From the NCBI GenBank assembly GCA_043228905.1, contig JBHGNT010000003.1, positions 2,604,001-2,668,000 of the forward strand: a DNA stretch of 64,000 nucleotides, given 5' to 3'. Positions within the stretch are counted from its first letter, which is position 1. The number at the start of each line of letters is the position of its first letter. The notes under the pieces are model-generated. The model did no database searches and was not told where the DNA came from. It worked only from the letters and a program-made list of their open reading frames with translations. Below, piece by piece: positions 1 to 11,432 of this stretch. A program made the translations under genes and the position numbers. The DNA is from Azolla caroliniana. Lineage: Eukaryota; Plantae; Polypodiophyta.

Positions 1-610
1 AACAAATCATCTCATTTGGAATTTGGAGTGTCCATATATATGAACTTCAAATAGACTATAACATGCCTTTTTGTTAGTTCTAACGAAGCCTCCAATATTT
101 CAAGTTTCCATCTTCCCAAATTATGATATCTGAGAGGCATAAATATTTTGTTACAAGTTTTGATTCACAGATTACATACTAGCAACATATTCTCAAATCA
201 TGATTTTGTGGCATACAGTGTTTTTCTATGATATATACTGTAGGTTGCTTAGAGGCCAATAATGCAGAAGTAGGGTACTTTCAAACTTTCTAAACATTTC
301 ACTTATAAATAAATTAATCACAATTGTTTTTGCCTATATTTCCTAATATGGAATTGGAGTTAGATTAAACTAGCATGGATTGATTGGCGAATTGATATGC
401 TTTCATGGATATAACGTGTAAGGATTATATTTTAAGATATTAAAATATGGTGGGATTTTAAAATCATAATCTGAGAATTTCTAAGATTATGCCTAATGAT
501 TTATTATTTCCCCATTAAATCAATGAGAGGGAAATAATTACTTAATTTTAACTCTCATAATCCTTGATCTAAAGAATGGAACCTTTACAGAAGGGGTTGA
601 CTTTGCTCTC

Positions 611-735
611 TATAAAATGGCATGATTATGGCATTCTTATCTTCATCTCTTTCTGTCTCTGTCTCTGTCTCTCATTTTTCTCTCAATTCTTATCTTCTGC
701 AAGAAAAGACTAGGGCTGCTACTTGACTTGACTTC
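611..735 (+). promoter_or_regulatory. TATA box plus CT-rich 5' leader shared by DUF247 copies A, B and C
   Basis: TATAAAATGG at 611, 4611 and 12752, each followed by a CT-rich tract and a conserved TTATCTCCTGCAAGAAAAGACTAGGGCTGCTACTTGACTT-like leader, 210-235 bp upstream of the ATG. Confidence 0.55.
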
Positions 736-822
736 AAGAAGAAAGCATCAAGTTTGTGCCCACCGAAGAAGAAGAAGTTTAATAGAATTTCAACAAAGAA
801 ATAAATCAGCCTTACATCTAAA

Positions 823-2324
823 ATGGAGCAATCTAAATCCTCTACTGAAAAAGACAAATGGAGAGCAGACATGATAAGCAAGATCAAGAATGCCAATACT
901 AATGCTGAAACGAATGGGTTCAATGAACGTCGGATCATTTCGAAGCCTCCGAAAGCATTATTGGATGTCAGGAACAGTCATATTGCCCTCAGATCCTGAC
1001 CATCGGACCATTGCATGAAATGCTTAGTGGTAGCTCTTCTCTTGATGAACGGAAGGCACTGTGTGTAAAGAGATTCATGGTAAGACATGGGATATCAGAT
1101 GTGGAAGAGCTCATGGAACGCCTCTTCGAGGACTCTTCTGATCTTCGCCTCTATTATTCAGACCTTCCCAATTATAGTGATGAAGCCCTCCAACTTTTGG
1201 TCACTGTCGATACCATCTTCCTTTGTGAATTCGTGATATTTGTTCCGACTGATTGGGCATCCATACTCAAGGAACATGACTACTTCGACATACTCTGCGA
1301 CAATGACATCGCAATCAACCAAGTATTGAGGGACTTGGTCGTGATGGGCAACCAAATTCCCATGTCATTTCTAATGAAGCTCATTGAAGAGTTTCCAAGC
1401 AAAGACAAGAACGAAAAGGATGAACTCAAGAAAGGATTGCTTTATGTTGTTAAACAAGTCGATCCATTCAAGAATTCGGAGGACGAGAATTATTCTGAGG
1501 AGGAGAATCTGGAGGACGAGAATTATTCTGAGGAGGAGAGTTTTGAAATTCTTGAATTTTGCCGTCGCAGTCACCTACTTGATTGCCTATATGTTTGGGT
1601 CCTCAGAAAACAATCAGAACAGAATAAGGGACAAGGCACCAATCGATTTCGTTTCGGCCGAGTATCGGATACTTACGGAACAGAACAACCAGCTGACAAG
1701 ATGGAGGAAGATTTTCACAGTATAACCATATGTCGTGATCGCCTGCCAACAGCGTCTCAACTCTCTAAAGCCGGCATCCGGTTCAGGGCGATTGGAGGTG
1801 GTAGCATATCAGTGATGCACTACAACAAGAGAAAACTTCGGCTTTATATTCCACGGCTTGTCGTCGAACATGACACGGAGGATGTGTTCAGGAACCTTCT
1901 TGCTCATGAACAAACCTTCAAAGATGGAGGTGAGTTCACTATGTATCTGATCATCATGGACTCGCTCATCGACACAGCAGAGGATGTAGTGATCCTGACG
2001 AAGGCGCGAGTGATAGAGAATCACTTAGGGAGTGATGAGAAATTGCTCCAGATGTGGAATGACATGTGCACCAACATCAAGATTCGACCATGCGAGACAT
2101 GGGACGGCATGATTCACGATATACTGGCGGATTATAAGAGCCATTGGCGCCCGATGTATGTGGAGTTTCGTGAAAAGTATTTTTCTCGGCCATGGCTAAC
2201 CATTTCGCTCATTGTGGCGTTTCTACTGCTCCTATTCTCCCTATTGCAGACAGGCTACACAATCGCAGGCTATTATGGAAAAGACAATCATGGAGTCCCA
2301 CCACCACCAAAACCATCTAGCTAA
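823..2324 (+). pseudogene. DUF247/UPF0481-family copy A; 1-nt deletion near 973-977 shifts the frame; downstream ORF (first ATG 1020) intact to stop
   Basis: ATG 823 gives MEQSKSSTEKDKWRADMI...SKPPKALLDVR, homologous to the N-termini of copies B, C and D, then goes out of frame (AGG AAC AG TCA TAT vs AGG CCA GAG TCA TAT in B). ORF 1011-2324 holds DLVVMGNQIP, HLLDCLY, LPTASQLSKAGIRF, FRNLLAHEQ, MDSLIDTAEDV, LGSDE and a C-terminal TM helix (PWLTISLIVAFLLLLFSLLQTGYTI). Confidence 0.8.
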
Positions 2325-2879
2325 AGTAAGGAAGCTCAGAAACAATGGAGAGTGTAGACTCTTGGAAGATCTAGTAGCCGTAAAATAAGTGACAAGGAAT
2401 AAGAATCTTATGCACTCATAATAACATGGTCGAATGTGCTATTTGCGATCTGACATTGTACTTCTGATAAATAATTGGTGATTATTGTATTATTGAGTAT
2501 CTTGTTACAAGCATTGGTTAAAATAAGCAATCATCTTGTCTTCTCTCAATTAAAATGAAGTTTGCTTTGTATGAATCTCATTAGACAATCACGTACATAT
2601 TGATCTCCCACTTTTAGCCATACAATGCATTGCCAAATTTGATTGAAGACGTCAGATTTAGTGGCAACTAATATGTCGCTTCGTGGCTTCCATCCTATAG
2701 GCGACAATGTTGTTGTTAACCATGGGCAAGAGAGAAAAATTTCACAAAATTCACATACTGCGATACTAGACATGCTAATGACCCCTATAGTGCTCCATTA
2801 GATCTTAATGCTCAGAAAGCGAAACAGAAGGAGGAATTCTAAGATACCTAAAACTCTAAAGTACAAAAAGAAACCAATG

Positions 2880-4000
2880 GGCTTCCAGATTCTTTTCCGT
2901 GCTATTGTTGTCAGTCAAATCAAATCACACATTTTGTTGGAGGCCGAAGGCTATCTCTTCCCATATAATTAAATTTAAAACCAAAAGCATTACATAGAGA
3001 TTGATGTAAGTAACTATTGATATTTGCTCTGTTTTTACTGAAGGCTATGAAAAATTGTTATTGTTATTGTTAAAGAGTACACATACATTATATAAAACTG
3101 TTAGTTGTTATTGTTAATCGGTCATTTTCCTGTGACCGTTAATGTCAATGTACAAGAGGTTTCCCTCACTTTCATGATTTTATTTCCTCTCAAATAATTA
3201 CACCGTGCAAATGATTGACGATTCAATTCCATCCCTTTTCTTCTCAAAACTATTCATGTTAGTTTGATGCCTACTTTCTGATCAGAGTTGTGAAATGTTA
3301 GTTCATAATGTTGAATGTTGTAGTGTATTTATTTATTGTCATTAATCACATTGTCTTGAATATGGATGCTTCACTTGGGCCCGACTTGGCTAATGTTAGA
3401 ATTGATCAAAACATTCTCAATAATGGTTGTCAAGATCATGGGGGTCAGTCAGGAATGATTCTTGAGGCGAATGTGTGTCATTTTCTGTAGAAAGCAGCGT
3501 CCCCCCAATGTAACGTTTGAGTATAATGTCTTCATTAATTGAACTCTTGCTCTTTTGGACTTTGGGTCTTTTCGCTCTTTTTTGACTTTGGGTCTTTTTG
3601 AGATCCCCAACATTAGGAAAAGGGATACTTGTTGGCTTTCTGAAACATTTAACCTTTAAAATATATACAAGTAACGGATAGGACTTGTTCCTTCCTGATG
3701 GGCAACAGTCATGTCAGAGAGGAAATGACAATGACAAGAAATACTTTCTTACGCGGCATTGAAAAGTAAGCAACATTAATAAGAATGTGACACTTATATT
3801 TTGTAATGTAGCACCACATCTCGATCATCCTCTAATATGAATGCATAGCTTTAGAATCTAAATGGCCAAAATAAAGGAATCTAAATTAATAGGATCAGAA
3901 CAAAGGAATCTCAGTGGAAACCATGATTTTATTGAAAGAGGCAACAATTTTGAGCCTAAATCCCATCAAAGATGCCAATTAGTTACACACCACAAGTTTA
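2880..4000. repeat. Conserved DUF247-upstream block, copy 1 of 4 (others ~10740-12400, ~25510-26220, ~41730-42215)
   Basis: Long near-identical strings such as ATGTAGCACCACATCT and AAACATTTAACCTTTAAA recur at all four positions; GCTTCACTTGGGCCCGACTTGGCTAATGTTAGAATTGA is in the first three (the 41.7-kb copy starts after it). Confidence 0.85.
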
Positions 4001-4660
4001 AGAAATTCATACTTGTATTTTAAAGGTTAATGTTTAAGAAAACCAACAAGTACCGATTTCCCAATGGATTAAAAGGAGCAAAAAGTCCCTGGATCCTGAG
4101 TAAAAAAGAGCAAGCAGTTAATTAATTTGTTAATTTTATATTGAGGGGGAGGATCAAAAATTGGTTGTTAAGGTCAGTGGGTTCAGGAATGCAGTGTTCC
4201 ATGAGCTTTTCCAAGACATTTGATTGAGTCAATTCGTCCACAAAGTTTCTCTTTCTTTTTTGTACTTATTTCCTCTCAAACAATTACAGCATTGCTGCAC
4301 ATGATTGAGTGAATTCGTCCCCATATTGCTCATGTTAATTTGAGACCAAATTCTAATCGGACTTAGTATACCTTGTGAAAATTATGTGATGAGTAATGTA
4401 TTATTTACTATCATTAATCAACAGAGCGCGACACAAAAACAACTTTGCCCAATAAAAAAAGGAAAACTTTGTCTCTAAAATCCAGATCATGCTTGATTGT
4501 AATATAAATTAAAGAATGGCACGAATCATATACATATGTCCACACCCAGGAGACTTTTGAAATCGTAGAAAATTTGACTAAAAAAAGGTATGGAATACAC
4601 TCTTTCTATGTATAAAATGGTCTCTCTCTCTCTTTCTCCATTCATATGATCCTGGCATTC

Positions 4661-4710
<50 letters not shown>
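4661..4710. repeat. (CT)n microsatellite in the 5' leader of DUF247 copy B
   Basis: About 20 CT units directly visible. Confidence 0.9.
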
Positions 4711-4713
<3 letters not shown>

Positions 4714-4840
4714 ATTTTTTCTCTCGATTCCTATCTCCTGCAAAAGAAGACTAGGGCTGCTACTTGACTTCTGCTAGAAAGCATAGTGTTTGTGCTCACA
4801 GAAGAGGAAGTCTGAAGAAGAAGTTTAAGACAATATCCAC

Positions 4841-6433
4841 ATGGAAATCAACATACAAGACCTACCTCAAATGGATAAGCGACAATCTGTATGTTCTGTT
4901 GGAGATGACTGGATAGAAAACAAGATAAGAAGAATTAATGCGCCTACTGATGCTCATACCAATGGGTCCAACGAAAGTTTGAAGATTTCGAAGCCACCCA
5001 AAGCATTATTGGATGTGAGGCCAGAGTCATATCGGCCGCAGCTCCTGACCATCGGGCCATTGCATGACACGCCTCGTGACAGCGACGGCTCTGCCGATCA
5101 TTGTAAGGAACTGTGTGTGTGGAGATTCATGCAAAGACAAAAGATAGCAGATGTGAAAGAGCTCATGCAACGCCTCTTCGATGATCCGCGTTCTTTTCTC
5201 GACACCCATTATTCAAACCCTCTGGACTATAGCCTTGAAAGGCACCAACTTATGCTCACTCTCGATAGCATCTTCATTTATGAATTCTTTCTGAGTATGT
5301 GTGCAACTGATCCGGAATCCAAAACTGAGCAAAATGGCCACTTCCAAACACTCTGGAAAAATAACATCATCGTGAAGCAATTTTCGAGGGACTTGTTCTT
5401 GATGGGAAACCAAATTCCCATGTCATTTCTAAAGAAGCTCATTGAAGATTTTCCAAGGGAACGGAAATTAGAACTGGGTGAGCTCAACAGAAAACTTAGA
5501 GAGTTAATCAAAATAGTAGATCCATTCTTAACCTGGAATTTTGAGGACGAGAATTCCGAAATTCCAGATTTTTGCAAGAATTGCAGTCATCTACTTGATT
5601 GCCTATATGTTTGGGTCCTCAGAGAACGACCACAAAAGAATCAGACACAAGGCACCAATCGATGTAGATTCCCACGACTACCGGATCCTTTGTGGATGCA
5701 ACAAGCAGCTGACAAGATAAGTACATGTACATTCCCACGGCTACCGAATCCTTTGTGGATGCAACAAGTAGCTCACAAGAAAATTACAAATACATTCCCA
5801 CGACCACCACGGAATCCTTTCCAGACAGAACAAGCAGAGTCCCACAAGATACCTATATATCGCAATCGCCTTCCAACAGCGTCACAGCTCTCGAAAGTTG
5901 GCATCCGCTTCAGGGCAATTGAAGGTGGCATATCGGTGATGCACTACGACGAGAGCAAGCAGCGGTTTGATCTCCCACGGCTTGTGGTGTACAATGGCAC
6001 GGAGGATACGCTGAGGAACCTCATTGCACATGAACAAACCTCCAAAGCTGGAGGTGAGCTCACGAAGTATGCGGTCATCATGGACTCGCTCATCGACACA
6101 CCCGAGGATGTGGCGATCTTGACTAAGGCGAAGGTGATACAGAATCACTTGGGGAGTGATGAGAGATTGGTCCAGATGTGGAACAACATGTGCATCAACA
6201 TCTCGGATGGACCATGCCAGAAATGGGACAAAATGATAGACGATGTATTGGAAGACTATCAGAGTCATTGGCGTCGCATATATGTGGAGTTTCGAGAAAA
6301 GTATTTCTCTCGGCCATGGCTAATGATTTCGCTCATTGTCGGGTATATACTGCTCCTATTCTCATTAGTGGAGACAGGGTATACTGTCGCAGACTATTAC
6401 CGAGCCCTAAATAGTCATTCCGGCCAACAATAA
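4841..6433 (+). CDS. DUF247/UPF0481-family membrane-anchored protein, copy B (530 aa, intronless, intact)
   Basis: Uninterrupted ORF with YRPQLLTIGPLH, DLFLMGNQIP, HLLDCLY, LPTASQLSKVGIRF, LRNLIAHEQ, MDSLIDTPEDV, LGSDE and C-terminal TM YFSRPWLMISLIVGYILLLFSLVETGYTV; upstream TATA at 4611. Confidence 0.9.
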   Translation: MEINIQDLPQMDKRQSVCSVGDDWIENKIRRINAPTDAHTNGSNESLKISKPPKALLDVRPESYRPQLLTIGPLHDTPRDSDGSADHCKELCVWRFMQRQKIADVKELMQRLFDDPRSFLDTHYSNPLDYSLERHQLMLTLDSIFIYEFFLSMCATDPESKTEQNGHFQTLWKNNIIVKQFSRDLFLMGNQIPMSFLKKLIEDFPRERKLELGELNRKLRELIKIVDPFLTWNFEDENSEIPDFCKNCSHLLDCLYVWVLRERPQKNQTQGTNRCRFPRLPDPLWMQQAADKISTCTFPRLPNPLWMQQVAHKKITNTFPRPPRNPFQTEQAESHKIPIYRNRLPTASQLSKVGIRFRAIEGGISVMHYDESKQRFDLPRLVVYNGTEDTLRNLIAHEQTSKAGGELTKYAVIMDSLIDTPEDVAILTKAKVIQNHLGSDERLVQMWNNMCINISDGPCQKWDKMIDDVLEDYQSHWRRIYVEFREKYFSRPWLMISLIVGYILLLFSLVETGYTVADYYRALNSHSGQQ

Positions 6434-8471
6434 GGAAGCTTCGGTTATTTGTATTAATTTGTCATTCAGTTGGGATTTCATTGTACGTTAATTTCTGTTA
6501 TTATTGCATTTGCAGCTCATAACTCTTGGAAGAAGTAAAAAACTTTTAGTGACTAGGAATAAGAGTCTTATGGACTCATTAAAGCATGACCAAACATGGT
6601 TGTTGTAATCCCATTTTCAATATTAATTGGTGATTAGTGTATTATTGAGTGTCCAGGTACAAGCATCTGTAAAACAAGGAATCATCTCATCCTTTCCCAA
6701 TTAAAATGAAGAACATTCTATATTAATCTCATTCGCCAATCATGTACACATTAATCGTATCACGAACATAATTAGGATATACCCCAAAGCATAGTGAGAA
6801 ATTTACTAAAGAGCTCAACTTAATAGGATGAGTATTGGAAAGTATTATGCACCAATCTTATTTGCCAGAATAGTAGGTCGATAATTTGTACCCCAATGTC
6901 ACCTTCTTGACACAAACTTCATCTGCCTTGATAAGCTCGTTTGTCATGTGAAAGAGGAAAGCAATATCTAGGTCAAATTGACAAGAGACAACAATATGCT
7001 AACACCAATCTAAAAATCTCTCCACCATTAAATGTTTTGCATTCTAACCGAACACATTGACATCAGTATAGAAAACCTTTCACTGTTGATTCATCATGGA
7101 TCCCACCAAAACCAACTAACGATGTGCCTCAATAAGCCAATCTATCATGTGAAAGAACAAAGGAATATGTGAGTCTAAAGTTGTAGATGACCAACAGTGG
7201 AGATAAATTAAATCAAAATTCCCATGATCTAGTCGAGATATATGAGTTTCAACGTAAACTTTTTTTTTGTATACTATAGTCGTTAGTTGTTTGGAGGTCT
7301 TTGATTCATCTTCGATCTTCCCAAATAATGGTTGTGTTACATAGATTTTATGTTAAATACATTGTTATTAATAACGTAATCTCAAATCATGATTTTTTGG
7401 CATGTTATAGATTTTTCTACTAGAGTTCATTCCTAGGTTAGTAATATAGATTCATTGTGGTGCAATGTTAATGTTGAGATACTTTCCATTTTCTATAATT
7501 TTCATAAAGGGTGAGGTCACTTATTTGTTATATTCAATATTTTCTCTATTTGGGCATTATGTATTGCAACTTAGTAGCTCATGACCTGAATCCCATAATA
7601 CCATTTCTAAAGGGCCAGCTCCATTAACGCCAAACCAATTACTAGAATTAAATATTATGCTATCATGTTTCACATTTCTTATATCATAAAAATGTAAGTG
7701 TGGAGCTTTATTCGTTCATTTGGGATTTCCTTCTACTTTATTTCTGTTATTTTTCATAGTAGTAGAAATAAAGCAAGTCACGAGGCATAATGTATACCCT
7801 AAGAGTCCATGAACTCTTAAAAACATGGTCTAATATGCTAGATACGCTACAATATTGAGCTTGCCATAAATAATTCCTGATTGATTTATTATCGAGTGTC
7901 TCGTTTACCATGTCCATTCCCAGCAAAACACATTTTGTATATGAATCTCATTAAACAATCATCTACCCCAACATGGTCTAATATACTAGATACACTACAA
8001 TATTGAGCTTGCCATAAGTCATAGCAGGATTGGTTGAATAAGCATATTGGCAATTATCATGTCCATTCCCAGCAAAATACATTTTGTATATGAATCTCAT
8101 TAAACAATCATCTATGCATTGATCGAATCACAAACATGATGTTAGGATACCCCAACATGGAATGCTCATTTCCAGCCATACAGTGCCTAGCCAAAATTTA
8201 CCCAAGAGCTCAAATTAAGGAATGGGCATTGGAATGTAATATGCAACAATCTTATTTGCTGAAATATTTGTACATTATACTTCCTTAGCAAGAAACATTT
8301 ATGACATGGACCACGTAGAAGAAGATGTGGACAACTTTGGACGTATGGTCTGGCTATGGTGTATAAAATGATGAAGAAGAAGGCCACGCTTCTTTGGTTC
8401 GCTTCTATTGGCCAAGTCTCAAGTTTTCACACCAGGAGAGGAGGAGAACTAGCAATTGAGAAGCTTCCGCT

Positions 8472-8682
8472 ATGGTGAGCTTTATGCCTGTGGAGCTCAG
8501 CATTGGGCTTATTCTGTCACTACTACTGTTCATAGCAGGATTACACCAGCTATGGAGACTAAACACCATCATGAGAAGGCGCTGCCTTTACCTCCACTTG
8601 CAGAATTTCATGTGATAAGACGGCAGTTCCATATCTGGATCAATGTGAGAAGTAGACATATAGATGCTGTCTCAGTAGCTTT
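8472..8682 (+). pseudogene. CYP remnant 1: P450 promoter plus signal anchor, internally deleted; leaves a 47-codon sORF at 8472-8615
   Basis: Matches 55123-55205 (signal anchor), then the HEK..LPLPP hinge in another frame, joined directly to LAEFHVIRRQFHIWIN (homologous to [16 protein letters not shown] at ~55820). The preceding ~170 bp match the CYP promoter. Confidence 0.8.
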
Positions 8683-9039
8683 AAAGGAAAGACTTTTTCC
8701 ACTAGGGCTACACGTTATTGTTCATTTTTTATCATACTTTTTGTATTGTAATTTGAATTACAATACATATGTCCCTAGATCCTCACTTACCCGTTTTACC
8801 CCTTACTTCTCCTGCTACATCAAGGCAAGTGGACGACATTATAAGGTATCTTGGTTTGGGACAAGAGCACTAGAGAAGTCATGGACGCAACCGTGTCTTG
8901 GAGTGGTTCGAGGCTTTGGAACATCACCTAGATGGAATGCATGTTGACAACTTGGACACGCGGGTGGTAGACTGGGGATAACCACGTTTGACCATGGAAT
9001 CAGAGAAATACCAATGAATGATGTGGGAAAATTGGATTT

Positions 9040-9390
9040 GAAGTGGGATTTTTGAATAGATGCTTATAAAATCATGGTAAAAAATATTGGGAAACTATCC
9101 GGATGATATTTAGATACCTAAGTGACCCTAAGAATAGAAACACGGGTGGTAGACTGAAGGCACAAGGCTAACTCGGGATAAATACATATGACCATGGAAC
9201 AAGAGAAACACCAATGAATGATGTGGGACAAATGAATAACAATACACTACACCATGCTATATGGATTTCAAGACTAGATTATGACATGGGCATAGTCAAC
9301 TTGTTCCTAGATTGCTTTGCAATGGTCAAAGTACCATATCTCTAACAAAAAAATTGGTGTATTGTACGAAGGCCAAGCACATTCGAGTGC
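9040..9390 (+). mobile_element. Decayed Ty1/copia RT/RNase H remnant, co-duplicated with the module
   Basis: Homologous to 15140-15415, 30500-30770 and 42720-43000; the 30.5-kb copy reads AFEVGVLNRCLSNHGKKHWETVKMILRYL, and the copies carry SQS..LAKN.VY.AK.KHIEVQYH-like copia motifs. Confidence 0.65.
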
Positions 9391-11094
9391 TTTATGTACA
9401 GGCTCCGGTCTCATGGGCAATGATCTCACCACCCTTGTCATTGACAAATAAAGGCATCACTGGTGCTTCCTTCAAAATATATTAACATCTTTTAAGAGTT
9501 CAGAATGGCCTATGAGACCGAACTATAGATTATATTTTAAGATTCTCTCGCATGTTTGAGAAAGCATAATTAGCCAGTCGATTAGTCCTGAGAAGGATGT
9601 TTCTTGAGCACAAGTCTTCGATTCAACCTCCATCTTCCCAAATAATTGTTTTGGGGCATATAGATTTTATGTGAGTTTTCCCTATTCCTAAGAAAGTATT
9701 CTCAAATCATGATTATGTGAAATATTATCGATGTTTCTACTACTGTTCATTGGACTTAGGTTTGTGATATAGACTACTTGTGGTGGAATATTAATTCTTG
9801 AGTTACTTTCATATTTTTAACACCCAATATATTTTTTTTGGAAAAAAAGAAAAAACACCCAATATTATTTCTCTTGAGCATTATGTGATGCAACTACGGA
9901 GGTAGCTCATTACCGAAATCCCCAAATACCATTCCTTGAGGGCTGACTCCACAAACTCCAAAGAAATTACTAGAAATAAGTGTTGGAGCTATTATTAAAT
10001 TTTTGTGCAATGCATTGAGAAACTAATAAATACGTAAAGCTACGACTTACAACAATGTTGATTCCCCACAATTGTGTAGGATAATCATCAAGTTATCCTA
10101 AAACGTACTCAACTGATTGTTTCTGGATACAACCTCAAGGATATATACAATAGGGATCTCCAACTAATTGTGAGGAGCATTTAAGAAGTAAGTGAGCTTC
10201 ATTATGTAATTACCGACAATGTGAATGTCACTTAATCACGTTAACTATTACATTGATAATGACACAATAGATCACTGATGACACTTTGACCTGTATATAT
10301 TTCATTTATGAAATAATGCCTTTGGAGAAAACGTTATTAAATACTTGACTCCGAGAATGCATACATTCTGCGTAATATTACTTTGATTGATACCACTTGT
10401 AAGAAATATATTTGAAAATTACTAAAACATGACCAAGTCAATATATTAATATCCAAATTCTTCTATGATTCTATCTATGCAGGTGAGAGAAAACTATGGG
10501 CTAAATGAGTAAAAAACTAGAAAGCAAAAGGCAAAAAGCAAAAAGGAAAAAACAAAAAGCAAAAAGCAAAAAAGCCAAGGAGCATGATGTTTTTTCATCT
10601 CTCATGGACTCATAAAATCTATAAGAAGGATTTCTTAACACAAGCAAAATTTCCATTCCTTTGAAATGGAGGTATTGAGTCTTGACTTTCCTGTGACAAG
10701 CCTCCCACAAGCTTTTCCCTGCTCTCTCACTAGGCTAAAGCTATACTTCCAAATTCATTTCTGTGCTATGGCTGTCAATCAAATAAAATAAAATCAGATC
10801 AGACATTTTGTTGGAGGCCGAAGGCTATCTCTTCCCAAATAATTAAATTTAAAACCAAAAGCATTAGATAGATAGTGTTGGAGAGGTACGATGAAGGTGG
10901 ACGAGCTGTTGTTTTTTACGTGCAGAGAAAATTTCGAACAGCACACACAGAGAAAAAAAAATACAAAAACAACTTTTTTGGGGGGAACTAGCACTAATAG
11001 CGGTGCAAAAAGTGTCCCATGAGCTAGGCAAAGTGCATAACAAAAACACACATTTCAGCTCACAATCCAAAATCATTTTCTAAGCCAATACTTG

Positions 11095-11432
11095 TGACCA
11101 TAATGCATCAAAATCATTCAAATGAGAGGCGACATTGTCATTGTCCTTAATTCGAAGATCATAAAGTTTTCTCATTACTTAAACTTTGTTTGATGCGGTC
11201 TCTTTTTCGTATGTATTGCTTAGTTTAGTCCATACCATTTCAGCTGAGTCACAGTCACATTGTCAACTAGGTGCAGTCTTATGTAGACATTGCCAAGAGA
11301 TCGAGCTCTTCCCAATCGTCCTTGGTCATGCCCTCAAGTGTCTTGCCTTTACCACTTTTCTTTGAATCAGGAAATCTCTCATCTGATTCTTCCACAAGGC
11401 AAAGTTGGATCCGTCAGATTTATGAATCTCAA
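11095..11432 (-). mobile_element. Ty1/copia gag N-terminal fragment inside a ~560-bp insertion (10876-11434) in upstream block 2
   Basis: Minus strand reads DGSNFALWKNQMRDFLIQR...DWEELD...WTKLSNTYEKETASNKV..MRKLYDLRIKDNDNVASHLNDFDAL; the segment is absent from the homologous block at ~2995. Confidence 0.7.

Noticed and set aside
1158-6268. Antisense and alternate-frame ORFs within DUF247 genes (also within the copia, CYP and gypsy regions)
   Set aside because: Shadows of the real coding frames; their recurrence is explained by paralogy.
8456-8947. 163-aa ORF (and 30003-30293) as a novel gene
   Set aside because: Chimera of off-frame CYP pieces, unidentified AT-rich filler and TE-adjacent DNA; length and stops differ among the three homologous copies.
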